Assembly: GCA_030148745.1 (NCBI GenBank)
Contig: JASBSV010000013.1
Coordinates: 164 to 64,163 of the forward strand
DNA from: Paracoccaceae bacterium
Lineage (GTDB): Bacteria > Pseudomonadota > Alphaproteobacteria > Rhodobacterales > Rhodobacteraceae
Reading direction: 5' to 3'
DNA: 64,000 nt
Translations under genes and position numbers: made by a program
Shown here: positions 57,901 to 64,000 of the stretch, one piece after another
How positions within the stretch are numbered: the first letter of the stretch is position 1
Layout: every line of letters begins with the position of its first letter
The notes under the pieces: model-generated
Seen by the model: only the letters and a program-made list of their open reading frames with translations
Database searches by the model: none
Told to the model about the DNA's origin: nothing

Positions 57901-58840
57901 GGCGGTTCCGCCTTTTCCGCTGTTTCTGGATCTTCCGCTGATCAGCGGCGATGAGGTGCCCCATGCACCGCATCTGGCGGTTACCTCGCGGCCCTGGCCG
58001 GGGCGGGTGGCGGTCTATGCCTCAACCAGCGGGGCGGGTTATGAGCAAAACAGCATCATCGCCGCGCCCTCGACAGTTGGCCTGACCGAAACGCCGCTGA
58101 TGGCGGCGCGCGCGGGGCTGTGGGACAGGGGCGCGGCGCTGCGTGTCAAACTGTCGTCCGGTAGCCTTGCCTCGGCCACGGTGCAGGCGGTGCTGAGCGG
58201 CGCCAATATGGCGGCAATCGGCGATGGAAGCAGCGACAACTGGGAGGTTTTTCAGTTTGTCACGGCCAGGCTTGTGGCGCCGGATACCTATGAGATTTCG
58301 CTGCGTCTGAGGGGGCAGCAGGGCAGCGATGCGATGATGCCCGCAAGCTGGCCGGTGGGCAGCTATTTCGTGGCGCTGGACAGCCGCCCGCAACAGATCG
58401 ACCTGCCGGCGGCGGCGCGCGATCTGATCCGTTATTACCGGATCGGGCCGGCGCGGCGGCCGCTGGACGATCCGTCTTATGTTGAACGGATCGAGGCATT
58501 TTCCGGCATCGGACTGCGGCCCTATGCGCCGGCGCATCTTCGCGCCTGGCGAGATGGCGCGGGCGATCTGCAGCTTGGCTGGATCCGACGGACACGCATC
58601 GACGGAGACAACTGGACGGCGCCGGATGTGCCGCTGGGCGAGACGTCCGAGCAATATCTGCTGCGGGTTGTCAAAGACGGCGCGGTTTTGCGCCGGGAAA
58701 TTCTGAGCGCCCCGGCGTGGGTTTATACCCAAGGCCAGCAAACTGCAGATGGCGCGCTGGCGCCTTTCGATATCGAAGTTGCACAGCTTTCCGACCGCTT
58801 TGGTGCGGGGCTTTTCAAAAGGATGGAAATCAATGTCTGA
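54932..58840 (+). CDS. g15: GTA g15 host-specificity / baseplate 'megatron' protein
   Basis: 1302 aa with N-terminal TM/Gly-rich segment and a central glycoside-hydrolase/TIM-like region. Size and position match RcGTA g15. TGATG junction with g14. Confidence 0.9.
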   Translation: MATIVLSAAGFAAGASVGGTVMGLSSAVIGRAFGATLGRVIDQRLLGSGSQAVETGRVERFRLTGASEGAPVTQVFGRMRVPGQVIWASRFAEQSTTTGGGKGTGGGASTTFSYSVSLAIALCQGEITRVGRVWADGVEVARDDLNLRVYAGSEEQMPDPKIEAVEGAGNAPAYRGTAYVVLEDLPLGQFGNRIPQFTFEVLRAAPRALGFSDLTHDIKAVALIPGTGEYALATTPVHYADGPGLNRSANVNSPSEKTDLRSAVENLSEELPNCGSASLVVSWFGDNLSCGSCQLMPKVEQSAQDGVGMPWAVSGLARAAAAEIAQLDGRPVYGGTPADASVVEAIAELRAAGQDTVLYPFILMDQLAGNGLSDPWSDAPDQPALPWRGRITLSKAPGQPGSPDQTAAADAEVAAFFGAAGLADFTVTGTSVSYSGPAEWSYRRFILHYAHLCAAAGGVGAFCIGSEMRGLTQIRGLAGFPAVQALRQLAADVRQILGPDTKIGYAADWSEYFGYHPQDGSGDVFFHLDPLWSDPAVDFIGIDNYMPLADWRDGDAHADAGWGTIYNLDYLKANIAGGEGFDWYYHSPEAEAAQIRTPITDGAYEEPWVYRYKDLKSWWSNAHYERIGGIRQAVSTGWEAGSKPIWFTELGCAAVDKGPNQPNKFLDPKSSESSLPKYSDGSRDELVQIQYLRAMFEFWGVAENNPVSTVYSGPMVDMSRAHVWAWDTRPFPFFPNNRDLWSDGENYARGHWISGRTGARSLASVVAEICRASGVSDYDVSALYGHVRGYSVSDPATARSALQPLMLAYGFEAIERDGMLVFRNRDGRAMAALEHERLALSPEISGDGEATRAPEPEIAGRVRLSYVDADGDYETRAAEAIFPGDSSATTSQSELSLALTKPEARAITERWLSEARIARDSLRFALPLSQLALGAGDVVRLNREGIDGLYRLDRVEQAGLQLIEAVRVEKQVYTPSDAAEEPVRPRPFAVAVPPFPLFLDLPLISGDEVPHAPHLAVTSRPWPGRVAVYASTSGAGYEQNSIIAAPSTVGLTETPLMAARAGLWDRGAALRVKLSSGSLASATVQAVLSGANMAAIGDGSSDNWEVFQFVTARLVAPDTYEISLRLRGQQGSDAMMPASWPVGSYFVALDSRPQQIDLPAAARDLIRYYRIGPARRPLDDPSYVERIEAFSGIGLRPYAPAHLRAWRDGAGDLQLGWIRRTRIDGDNWTAPDVPLGETSEQYLLRVVKDGAVLRREILSAPAWVYTQGQQTADGALAPFDIEVAQLSDRFGAGLFKRMEINV

Positions 58841-59543
58841 GACCCCAGGTTTTGGCCTGCCGCTGATTGAGCCGGCGCAGGCCCAGAAACATGTGACCGT
58901 GAACGAGGCGCTTGGCCTGATCGACGGGCTGATGCAGCTAAGGCTTGTATCGGTGAGCCTGACCCTTCCGCCGGCGACGCCGGGCGAGGGGCACGCCTAT
59001 CTGGTCCCTTCGGGGGCGGTGAACGCCTGGGCCGGGCGCATGGGCGAGATTGCGCTGTTTTCCAACGGCGGCTGGGTATTCATCATTCCCAAGGCCGGGT
59101 GGACGGCCTGGGTGAGTGATGAGGCGCGGCGGATCTTTTTCGACGGGCTTGGCTGGCAGGGCGGAGAGCTGGCGCGCTCTCTGACCGGGGCGGCGACCTT
59201 GGGCGCGGTTCTGGAGTTCGATCATGTGATCGGCGCGGGGCTGACATCGCTCAGCACGGGGATGATCCCGGCCAAGGCGATGGTTCTTGGGGTAACGGCG
59301 CGGGTGACGGCGGATATCACCGGCAGTTTGACAAGCTGGACCCTTGGGGTCGAAGGGTTCGAGACCCGCTATGGCAGTGGTCTTGGCCTGAGCGCGGGGT
59401 CATATGCCGAGGGGATCTTGTCCTCGCCCACCACGCATTACAGCGCCGAGGCGCTGAAGCTGAGCGCGACGGGGGGCGAGTTTGCCGGCGGAACCGTGCG
59501 TCTTGCGATCCATTATCTGTCGCTGACAGTGCCGGGCATGTAA
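58833..59543 (+). CDS. DUF2793 domain protein (putative accessory tail fibre / receptor-binding protein)
   Basis: 236 aa from MSETPGFGLPLIEPAQAQKHVTVNEAL, which I recognise as a DUF2793 N-terminus. The start overlaps the g15 end by 8 nt. Confidence 0.8.
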   Translation: MSETPGFGLPLIEPAQAQKHVTVNEALGLIDGLMQLRLVSVSLTLPPATPGEGHAYLVPSGAVNAWAGRMGEIALFSNGGWVFIIPKAGWTAWVSDEARRIFFDGLGWQGGELARSLTGAATLGAVLEFDHVIGAGLTSLSTGMIPAKAMVLGVTARVTADITGSLTSWTLGVEGFETRYGSGLGLSAGSYAEGILSSPTTHYSAEALKLSATGGEFAGGTVRLAIHYLSLTVPGM

Positions 59544-59544
59544 G

Positions 59545-59874
59545 ATGCGGCCCCTTGGCTTGGTGGATGTTCTGACGGCGGCGCGGGCGCTGCGGGCGGC
59601 CGATCCGGCCGAGCGGCGGGCGCTGGCCGTGGCGATGACCGCAGCCGCGCGCCGCGCCGATGCCCACCGGCTGCGCCATGGGCGCGGCCTGGCGGCAGGG
59701 GGTAACGGCACGCTTGAAGCGGCGGCGCGGGCCCATTGCCTGAGTGCGGGCGCCGATTTCGCCGAACCCGAGTTTCAGGCCTGTGTCATCACCGTTCTGG
59801 AGTGCGTTTTGCGGCAGGCGGGCCTATCCGCGGGCGCAGGAGATGCACTTGGGCACTGCCGGATCGAGGCCTAG
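59545..59874 (+). CDS. Hypothetical Ala/Arg-rich protein following the DUF2793 gene
   Basis: 109-aa ORF starting 1 nt after the DUF2793 stop, with G/C-rich third codon positions. The last 51 nt overlap the convergent TraR/DksA gene. No family recognised. Confidence 0.4.
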   Translation: MRPLGLVDVLTAARALRAADPAERRALAVAMTAAARRADAHRLRHGRGLAAGGNGTLEAAARAHCLSAGADFAEPEFQACVITVLECVLRQAGLSAGAGDALGHCRIEA

Positions 59875-60162
59875 CCGTTTCGCTGAAATCGCGTCGCCGC
59901 AATCGAGGCAATAGCCGAACTCCCCATTATCGATACGCGCAAGCGCGGCCTGGATGCGGGTAAGCGACTGGGCCCGGCGGGCGCTTTGCGCTTTGGCCAT
60001 GGCCTGTTGCTGAAGCGCGTCCATGCGCGACAGACGCCCCACCGCCTGCTGGTCCAGCGTGACGGTTCGGGTGGCATCGCGGCCCAGATCCTCGCCAATG
60101 CTCAGCGCCTTGAGCATCTGGCTCAACTGCTGGCGAAAGCGTTCAATTTCAGCGTCGTCCAT
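59824..60162 (-). CDS. TraR/DksA family C4 zinc-finger protein
   Basis: C-terminal CLDCGDAISAKRLGLDPAVPKCISC after a coiled-coil region. ATG at 60162; a GTG alternative lies at 60192. Confidence 0.75.
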   Translation of the reverse strand: MDDAEIERFRQQLSQMLKALSIGEDLGRDATRTVTLDQQAVGRLSRMDALQQQAMAKAQSARRAQSLTRIQAALARIDNGEFGYCLDCGDAISAKRLGLDPAVPKCISCARG

Positions 60163-60245
60163 ATCGTGATTTTGTCCCGCGCGGGTTTTCACACTATTAT
60201 TAGGTCAGGATTTCTGTAAAAGGCCAGCGTAGCAGAGGAAACCTG

Positions 60246-61052
60246 ATGTCAAAAAGCCAAGCCGTTTATGCCGAGCTTGACCCGGTCTGGGCCAAGATCC
60301 GCACCGAAGCCGAAGCGATGGTCAAGGACGAGCCGCTGTTGGGCGGGGTTGTTCATTCGAGCGTGCTTCACAACTCGACGCTGGAGCGGGCGCTGTCGTT
60401 TCGCCTGTCGCTGAAGCTGTCATCGGGGGAGATGTCAGAGCAGATCCTGCGCGAGATCGCCGATGAGGCGTTTCGGTCATCCTCGAAGGTGCGGCAGGCG
60501 GCGCGCGCCGATCTGGTAGCGGTTTACGAGCGCGATCCGGCCTGTCACCGGCTGATCCAGCCGCTTTTGTATTTCAAGGGCTATCAGGCGGTTCAGGCCT
60601 ACCGCGTCGGTCACTGGCTGTGGAATGAAGGCCGCCGCGATCTGGCCTATTTCATCCAGATGCGCGTGAGCGAGGTTTTCGGGATCGATATTCACCCCGC
60701 CGCCCGGATCGGGCAGGGGATCATGATCGACCACGCCCATTCCATCGTCATCGGCGAGACGGCGGTGGTTGGCGACAATGTGTCGATGCTGCATTCGGTG
60801 ACGCTGGGCGGGACCGGCAAGGAAGAAGAGGACCGGCACCCGAAAATCGGTGACGGTGTTCTGATCGGCGCCGGTGCCAAGGTTCTGGGCAATATCAAGG
60901 TCGGCCATTGCTCGCGCATCGCGGCAGGTTCGGTCGTGCTGCACGATGTGCCGCCCTGCAAGACGGTGGCCGGGGTTCCGGCCAAGATCGTGGGCGAGGC
61001 GGGTTGCGATCAGCCTTCGCAAACCATGGATCAGCTGCTGAACGGCGGCTGA
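60246..61052 (+). CDS. cysE: Serine O-acetyltransferase
   Basis: SATase N-terminal domain plus hexapeptide repeats (IHPAARIGQGIMIDHAHSIVIGETAVVGDNVSMLHSVTLGG...HPKIGDGVLIGAGAKVLGNIKVG). Confidence 0.9.
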   Translation: MSKSQAVYAELDPVWAKIRTEAEAMVKDEPLLGGVVHSSVLHNSTLERALSFRLSLKLSSGEMSEQILREIADEAFRSSSKVRQAARADLVAVYERDPACHRLIQPLLYFKGYQAVQAYRVGHWLWNEGRRDLAYFIQMRVSEVFGIDIHPAARIGQGIMIDHAHSIVIGETAVVGDNVSMLHSVTLGGTGKEEEDRHPKIGDGVLIGAGAKVLGNIKVGHCSRIAAGSVVLHDVPPCKTVAGVPAKIVGEAGCDQPSQTMDQLLNGG

Positions 61053-61115
61053 AACGGTGGGGCGGGGTGAGCGGGCCCGGCGATTGCCAGGCCAGCCCCA
61101 TTCGGGACGAAGCGG

Positions 61116-62423
61116 TCAGGCCAGCATCGCGATCGGATTTTCCAGATTTTCCTTGATCGCCTGCAGGAACTCGGCCCCCAGAGCGCCGTCGATGACCCGG
61201 TGATCGACCGACAAGGTGACCGACATGACGGTTGCTACCCCGACCGCGCCATCGGCGTTGACGATCGGTTTTTTCACCCCCGCGCCGACCGCCAGGATCG
61301 AGCCATGCGGCGGGTTGATCACCGCGTCGAAATTATCAACCCCGAACATTCCCAGATTTGAAATCGCAAAGCTGCCGCCGAGGTATTCATGCGGGGCAAG
61401 CTTGCGCTCGCGCGCGCGTGTGGCCAGATCCTTCATCTCGGCCGACAGCGCCGAAAGTGTCTTTTGATGCGCGTCTTTCAAAACCGGCGTAAACAGCCCG
61501 CCTTCGATGGCAACGGCCACGGCCACATCCGAGGGCGCAAGTTGCAGGATCCTGTCGCCGGCCCAGACCGCATTGGCCGCCGGCACCTGTTGCAGGGCGA
61601 TGGCCGAGGCCTTGATGATGAAATCATTGACCGAAAGTTTGATCCCGCGGGATTGGAGCCCCTTGTTCAGTTCGCTGCGGAATTTCAGAAGTGCATCCAG
61701 TTGGATGTCGCGGCGCAGATAGAAATGCGGGATCGATTGTTTGGCTTCGGTCAGGCGGGCGGCGATGGTTTTGCGCATCCCGTCCAGTTTGACCTCGGTG
61801 AATTCGCGATCTGCGTAGATTTTGGCGACCGCATCGGTCGAGGGGCCGGCAGCGGCTGCAGCGGGCGCCGAAGCGGCGGGGGCTGCGGCGGCAGGGGCGG
61901 CTTTGGCCCCGGCGGTGGCCCCTTCGACATCGGCTTTCACGATCCGCCCATGCGGGCCGGAGCCCTTGATCGCGCCCAGATCGAGCCCTTTGTCAGCCGC
62001 GATGCGCCGCGCCAGAGGCGAGGCAAAGACACGCCCGTCCGAAGACGGGGCCGGGGCGGCGGGTGCGGGCGCAGGGGCCTTTGCCGCGGCCGGCTCGGCG
62101 GCTGCGGGCTCTTCAGCAGTGGTTTGCGCGGGTCTGGGCGCGGGTTTGGCCCCGGCGTCGGCGATGTCATCGGCGCTTTCGCCATCGCCCAGCAGCACCG
62201 CGATGGGATCGTTCACCTTCACCCCTTCGGTGCCCTCGGCAACAAGGATCTTGCCGATGGTGCCTTCGTCCACGGCCTCGAACTCCATTGTTGCCTTGTC
62301 GGTCTCGATCTCGGCCAGAATATCGCCGGAAGAGACGGTATCACCCTCTTTGACCAGCCATTTGGCCAATGTGCCCTCTTCCATGGTGGGCGAAAGCGCG
62401 GGCATGAGAATTTCAGTTGCCAT
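61116..62423 (-). CDS. pdhC: Pyruvate dehydrogenase E2, dihydrolipoamide acetyltransferase
   Basis: Lipoyl domain ([11 protein letters not shown]), Ala/Pro linker, E3-binding domain ([16 protein letters not shown]), and catalytic domain with DHRVIDGA. Start is ATG 62423 (MATEILMP), not the ORF start at 62558. Confidence 0.9.
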   Translation of the reverse strand: MATEILMPALSPTMEEGTLAKWLVKEGDTVSSGDILAEIETDKATMEFEAVDEGTIGKILVAEGTEGVKVNDPIAVLLGDGESADDIADAGAKPAPRPAQTTAEEPAAAEPAAAKAPAPAPAAPAPSSDGRVFASPLARRIAADKGLDLGAIKGSGPHGRIVKADVEGATAGAKAAPAAAAPAASAPAAAAAGPSTDAVAKIYADREFTEVKLDGMRKTIAARLTEAKQSIPHFYLRRDIQLDALLKFRSELNKGLQSRGIKLSVNDFIIKASAIALQQVPAANAVWAGDRILQLAPSDVAVAVAIEGGLFTPVLKDAHQKTLSALSAEMKDLATRARERKLAPHEYLGGSFAISNLGMFGVDNFDAVINPPHGSILAVGAGVKKPIVNADGAVGVATVMSVTLSVDHRVIDGALGAEFLQAIKENLENPIAMLA

Positions 62424-62815
62424 CAGTGATCTCCCTCTTGCGCGGGCGTAACCATCCCGACAACATTTCCTTCCCCGTCTTCGACATAGGCGCAGCGACC
62501 GATGCCGGGGAAATCCGTCGGCGGCAGCGCTTCGGCCCCACCATTCGCCAAGGACCATGCATAGCGGTCGTCGCAGTTGGCAACGCCGAAGGTCATGGTG
62601 CCGCCCCGGATCGGGCTGCCGGCGGCAGGGGGCTGCCCCATGCGGCGCATCATGCCGCCCGTCAGCGCCTTGCCCGTGCCGATGTCGGCGCCTTCGATCA
62701 GGTGATATCCCACCTCATCAGCGCCGGGCATCGGATTGAATTTCCATCCAAAAAGCCCCGCGTAAAAGTCTTTTGCGCGGTCGATGTCGGCCACGTGAAT
62801 TTCGAAATGCGGCAT
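62423..62815 (-). CDS. VOC (glyoxalase/bleomycin-resistance/dioxygenase) family protein
   Basis: 130 aa from [24 protein letters not shown], a typical VOC N-terminus. TGATG junctions with both neighbouring genes. Confidence 0.8.
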   Translation of the reverse strand: MPHFEIHVADIDRAKDFYAGLFGWKFNPMPGADEVGYHLIEGADIGTGKALTGGMMRRMGQPPAAGSPIRGGTMTFGVANCDDRYAWSLANGGAEALPPTDFPGIGRCAYVEDGEGNVVGMVTPAQEGDH

Positions 62816-63813
62816 CACGAGACCTCTGCGTAAATATCTGTCCAGAGCTCGTCCAGAGCGGGCTCGGGGCTGTCTTTTGCAAATTCAGCCGCCTCGTTGA
62901 CGGTGGCCTTGATCTCTTTGTCGATGGCTTTGAGGTCATCCTCGCTGGCGTGTTTGCCCTCAAGCAGAAGCGTGCGCACATGTTCGATGGCATCGCGTTC
63001 CTCGCGCATCTTTTGCACCTCTTCGCGGGTGCGGTATTTGGCCGGGTCCGACATCGAATGGCCGCGGTAGCGATAGGTTTTCACCTCAAGGATATAGGGC
63101 CCCTTGCCGGCGCGGCAGTGATCCACCGCCTTTTGACCGGCGGCCTTGACGGCCAGAACATCCATGCCATCGACCGCCTCGCCGGGGATGCCATAGGCTG
63201 CGCCGCGCTCCCACAGGGAGGGGGATTTGGTCGAGCGTTTGACGCTGGTTCCCATGGCGTATTGGTTGTTTTCAATGACAAAGATGACCGGCAGGTCCCA
63301 AAGCTCGGCCATGTTATAGGTCTCATAGACCTGACCCTGGTTTGCCGCGCCATCGCCGAAATAAGTAAAGGTCACGCGGTCGTTGCCCTGATATTTATCG
63401 GCAAAGGCAAGGCCCGCGCCAATGGGGACCTGCGCGCCGACGATGCCATGGCCGCCATAGAAATTCTTTTCCTTGGAGAACATATGCATCGAGCCGCCCT
63501 TGCCCTTGGAATAGCCGCCCTCGCGGCCCGTCAGCTCGGCCATGACGCCCTTGGGGTCCATTCCGCAGGCCAGCATATGACCGTGGTCGCGGTATGAGGT
63601 GACGCGTTTGTCCCCCTCTTCGGCGGCGGCCTCAAGGCCCACGACCACCGCTTCCTGCCCGATATAAAGGTGGCAGAAGCCGCCGATCAGACCCATGCCG
63701 TAAAGCTGTCCGGCTTTTTCCTCGAATCGCCGGATCAGCAGCATATCGCGGTAATATTCAAGAAGTTCTTCGGCGGAAATGTTTGGTTTCTTTGTTGTTT
63801 TCCTGGTCGCCAC
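62815..63813 (-). CDS. pdhA: Pyruvate dehydrogenase E1 component alpha subunit
   Basis: 332 aa with ThDP-binding region GDGAANQG...NN and the phosphorylation-loop-like YRYRGHSMSDP. GTG start has an AAGGGGGA RBS. Confidence 0.9.
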   Translation of the reverse strand: MATRKTTKKPNISAEELLEYYRDMLLIRRFEEKAGQLYGMGLIGGFCHLYIGQEAVVVGLEAAAEEGDKRVTSYRDHGHMLACGMDPKGVMAELTGREGGYSKGKGGSMHMFSKEKNFYGGHGIVGAQVPIGAGLAFADKYQGNDRVTFTYFGDGAANQGQVYETYNMAELWDLPVIFVIENNQYAMGTSVKRSTKSPSLWERGAAYGIPGEAVDGMDVLAVKAAGQKAVDHCRAGKGPYILEVKTYRYRGHSMSDPAKYRTREEVQKMREERDAIEHVRTLLLEGKHASEDDLKAIDKEIKATVNEAAEFAKDSPEPALDELWTDIYAEVS

Positions 63814-63840
63814 GGGTGGGTCCCCCTTGCATCCGTAAAA

Positions 63841-63860
63841 ATAGTTTAGCGTTAAACTAT
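63841..63860. promoter_or_regulatory. Perfect palindrome upstream of pdhA, candidate operator
   Basis: ATAGTTTA-gcgt-TAAACTAT (8-4-8), 28-47 nt upstream of the pdhA start in an AT-rich patch. Confidence 0.4.
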
Positions 63861-63928
63861 CTCATACACCAAGGTGACTCAGGTTTCGAGCAATGATTTT
63901 GCAAGGCTGCTTTGCGGCGAAAAAACCG

Positions 63929-64000
63929 TCAGCGAATGACCAGTTCGTCAGGCCGCAGCATTCCCAGAACCGAGCGCGCCTGCTCGTCCAGAAGGTCGAG
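63929..64000 (-). CDS. 3' end of a gene running into the window, possibly septum formation initiator (FtsB-like)
   Basis: Minus-strand frame reads ...LDLLDEQARSVLGMLRPDELVIR-stop (TGA at 63931-63929). It resembles FtsB C-termini and the usual ftsB-pdhA synteny in alphaproteobacteria. Only 23 codons are visible. Confidence 0.35.
   Translation of the reverse strand, partial: LDLLDEQARSVLGMLRPDELVIR

Larger units (their letters stand above)
44977..59543 (+). mobile_element. RcGTA-type gene transfer agent structural cluster (g1-g15 plus DUF2793 gene)
   Basis: Co-directional, tightly overlapping head-tail genes in the canonical RcGTA order. No integrase, repressor, replication or lysis genes. 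Housekeeping genes flank both sides. Confidence 0.85.

Noticed and set aside
44977-59874. Interpretation of the head-tail cluster as an intact or defective prophage.
   Set aside because: There are no integrase, repressor, replication or lysis genes and no att-like direct repeats, and the content is only about 15 kb. Gene content and order match RcGTA-type GTAs, and the flanks are core housekeeping genes.
1-64000. Scan for tRNA/rRNA genes, CRISPR arrays, IS/transposase genes, toxin-antitoxin pairs and recognisable defence systems.
   Set aside because: None was seen. No regularly spaced repeats, no transposase/integrase-like ORFs and no cloverleaf-like conserved tRNA boxes turned up in the few intergenic regions longer than 150 bp. 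This was a by-eye scan, so small ncRNAs could have been missed.

Overview
High-GC alphaproteobacterial (Rhodobacterales-like) chromosomal segment, densely coding, with no rRNA, tRNA, CRISPR or IS elements seen. Left to right: a fructose/ribose-type sugar ABC operon with a divergent ROK regulator; an SDR; an AttEFGH-like ABC exporter operon; a convergent selenium pair (SelU plus a SelD fused to an FAD oxidoreductase); glycerate kinase; a di-haem peroxidase divergent from a Sel1-repeat protein; HAD, rhodanese and YghU genes; an orphan dual-PAS HWE histidine kinase; a TRAP transporter (QMP order) next to a two-component SsuD-like monooxygenase, AKR, GntR regulator, Gfo/Idh/MocA oxidoreductase and creatinase; a polysaccharide export module (Wzc, RfaH-like NusG paralogue, PPP phosphatase, Wza); rpsF-rpsR-rplI; fabD-fabG-acpP-fabF-mltG. 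The main feature is a complete RcGTA-type gene transfer agent head-tail cluster (g1 to g15, about 44.98-58.84 kb) extended by a DUF2793 gene and a small ORF. It is followed by a TraR/DksA zinc-finger gene, cysE, and a pyruvate dehydrogenase operon in which a VOC/glyoxalase gene sits where E1-beta is expected. The most interesting non-coding signals are two intrinsic-terminator-like hairpins inside the GTA transcription unit: one in the g1 leader and one in the 217-bp terminase-portal spacer. Many long antisense ORFs in the track are high-GC shadows and were rejected.
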